Positions 38,716 to 41,099 of a DNA stretch of 41,099 nucleotides are shown here, one piece after another; the first letter of the stretch is position 1, and each line of letters begins with the position of its first letter. The notes beneath the pieces were generated by a model. The model saw only the letters and a program-made list of their open reading frames with translations. It did not search any database and was not told where the DNA came from. The stretch comes from Bigelowiella natans CCMP2755 (lineage: Eukaryota; Protista; Cercozoa). The translations under genes and the position numbers were made by a program. The stretch spans positions 1 to 41,099 of the forward strand of contig ADNK01003122.1 of the NCBI GenBank assembly GCA_000320545.1, written 5' to 3'.

Positions 38716-40535
38716 CATATCAGTATTTGAAGTACCTAATGTATTTAGGGTTACTTACAACTACTACTACATGTATTATTATCATGGGATGGTGATGTGC
38801 GTGTGTGTGTGTTTTGCGTGTGTGTTGTTGTTGTACGAAATGATGATACCCACACTACTACTACTACTACTACTACTACTGCTATTTTAGAATTGATGTT
38901 GTATTATGGTGATCATGGTGAATTTATGTGTGCATGTGCTTGTAGGAAATAGCAGCAGCCACACTTTTTAGGAAAAAACGGCGCGTGCTTTTCTCCACTC
39001 TTTCTTCCGCGTATCGAGAACGTAAGGATTGTGCTCGAGAAATAGAGAAGCTGATGGAAGAAGAAGACGACCATCACGAAGATAATGGAGGAGGAGGAGG
39101 AGGAGGCGGAGACATAAGATATAATGATAAAAATAATAATAATAACAACAATAAGGGTGATGGTGATGATGGTATTATCTGTGGAGGGATAGAAAAGAAT
39201 AAAGAAACTACTACTACTGCCACTTCTTCAAAGTTAAATAATCATACGACAATACCTGTTATTATTGCTGCTGCTGCTGCTGCTACCACTACTACTGGTA
39301 CTGGTACTGCTACGAAGAAGAGTCCTTCCGGAGGATATGATGCTGAAAAAAAAGAAGATCAAGAACGAAAAGAGGGGGAGGGGAAGATAAATATGAAGAT
39401 TGACCATGATCAACACAGCAATGGTTGGGAGAAGGTAAATATGGAGAAGATTAATGATAGTGGCAATAGTAATGGAAGAGAAATCATGGAAGTAGAGGAG
39501 GATAAGGTAACCGAGAAGATTAATGATAGTGGCAATAGTAAGGGAGGAGAAATCATGGAAGTGAAGGAGGACAAGGTAACCGAGAAGAAGAAGAAACAGC
39601 AACACAGACAACGGCATGAGGAGGAGGAAGAGAATGTGAAGAAGAACAAGTTAGTTGATGTGGTAACTTTCCTTTGTTTTCAAAGATTCATGTGTATATT
39701 AAGAAGAATATGGCTGCTGTACCTCCCTATAAAACAAGTAGTACTATTGAGCAGCAAGCAAGCATTTACACATCTGCTAATTATTAACACTGTCCGCTGC
39801 CACTGCTGTTGTCCCTTTAACTACAAAAAACGACTCGTTAGTAGACTACTACTACTACTGCTACTTCCTCGTCTCCATATAATAGTCATCGCCATCACCA
39901 CCAGTAGTTGTAGTAATAGTAGCATTAGTAGTAGTAGTAGTAAAAAGGACCACAGATGATGATGAATTGTGATGGATATAACGAGAAACAACCATTGTTA
40001 TTCAGATAGCAATAGCAGCCCCAGTAGTACCACCACCCTTATTAGCACCAACAGCAGAATCTGCAGCACCTGTACTGACAGGAGGGGGGGGAGGTGGAGA
40101 AGGTATTACGTCTGAGTAACATACAAGTGCTACTGTAGCTACTATTCCTATCATTCCTACTACTACATACAGCTGCTACTGCTACGTCTTCTTCTATTTT
40201 CTTGTTGTTGTTTGTTGTTGTTGCTGCTGCTGCTGTTTTCGTTGTTCTTATCTTGGTCTAACCGATGATTCCTCTTGCTGCTGCCATTTACATTAACAGG
40301 GGTACACATTGCCTCCACGACTGCTGCTGCTGCGGTTTTATCAGCAGTATCGTCATCACCACCACCAGGAGGAGGAGGAGAAGGAGACCACATAAAAATA
40401 AAGAACAATAAGTCAAATCCTGAGCAGCAGCAGCAGCAAGAGGAGGAGGATAAGGAGCAGGACAAGGAAGAGGAAGAGGAGAGAGAGAAGGAGGTTGCTA
40501 TAATAGCATTTGAAATTATTGGGACATCGTCGTGA
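36313..40535 (+). CDS. Multi-exon hypothetical coiled-coil / low-complexity protein; ends unresolved
   Basis: AG/GT-bounded exons, mostly phase-compatible: DEFTLALTRQL|ARNNMLERRIRQLRPE..|DYSRSDIIKQQKF..; KIRKEENDLEKERQQLILRN..|GSEALEMM..|EIAAATLFRKKRRVLF.. Confidence 0.55.
39444..39587 (+). repeat. Coding tandem duplication, 69 bp x2 (23 aa)
   Basis: EKINDSGNSNGREIMEVEEDKVT / EKINDSGNSKGGEIMEVKEDKVT, copies starting at 39444 and 39513. Confidence 0.95.
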
Positions 40536-40715
40536 TGGTGTTTGCCGCTACTAGTACATACTAGTACTATACTATGTTGATGATGTTCTAAATTGGGGTA
40601 TGGATGGATGAATAGATGATGATGATGATGATGATGATGCTTTGTGGTATGGATGGATGAATGGATGGAAATGCGGCTCGTGACGATGATGATGCTTTTG
40701 GCTGTTGGCCGACTC

Positions 40716-40774
<59 letters not shown>

Positions 40775-41099
40775 TGTGTGTGGTGTGTGTGATATATATA
40801 TTCGTCTCGAGCCGTATTTATATATATATATATATATATAACAAAAGCATATTCATCATCATATGCATCATCTATTCATCCATCTATACCCCCAATTTAT
40901 AACCTCATCTACATAGTATAGTACAAGTATGTACGAGCAGGCGGCGCACACCCTCACGCAGATGTCGCACATAATTGCAAATGCGATTATAGGAAACGAA
41001 GTCTCTCTCTCTAGTATGCTTCTCTGTGCGGTGCATTATCCGCCTCCACTTGCTGCTGCTGGCGGCTGAGGAGAGATAATGTGACTTATATTTATGTGG

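Overview
Eukaryotic nuclear DNA with GT-AG introns and dense microsatellites, probably from a protist (a chlorarachniophyte is my unverified guess). Genes in order: 3' part of an unknown + strand gene (116-3928); a PUB-PUB-A20-AN1 zinc-finger gene (-, 5510-7077); a possible 47-aa spliced microprotein (-, 7498-7731); a SHPRH orthologue with SNF2, PHD, RING and helicase-C domains (+, ~8243-18941); a 5'-truncated non-LTR retrotransposon fragment (-, ~19886-20457); a membrane-anchored SAM methyltransferase (+, 20877-22503); a weakly supported - strand gene (~23.9-25.3 kb); a C18orf63/DUF4708-like protein with a SAP domain (+, ~25597-27477); an IQGAP/GAPA-type RasGAP (-, 28364-35352); and an unknown low-complexity + strand gene (~36.3-40.5 kb). 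The most striking signal is four intergenic islands (~3.95-5.05, 19.2-20.6, 22.7-23.65, 27.5-28.25 kb). In them TpA is depleted outside CTAG, CTAG/TGCA/CATG are enriched, and CpG is retained. In 19203-20106 every TpA lies in CTAG. This looks like targeted A:T->G:C hypermutation at TpA in repeat/intergenic DNA, the reverse of fungal RIP. All exon models and counts were made by eye.
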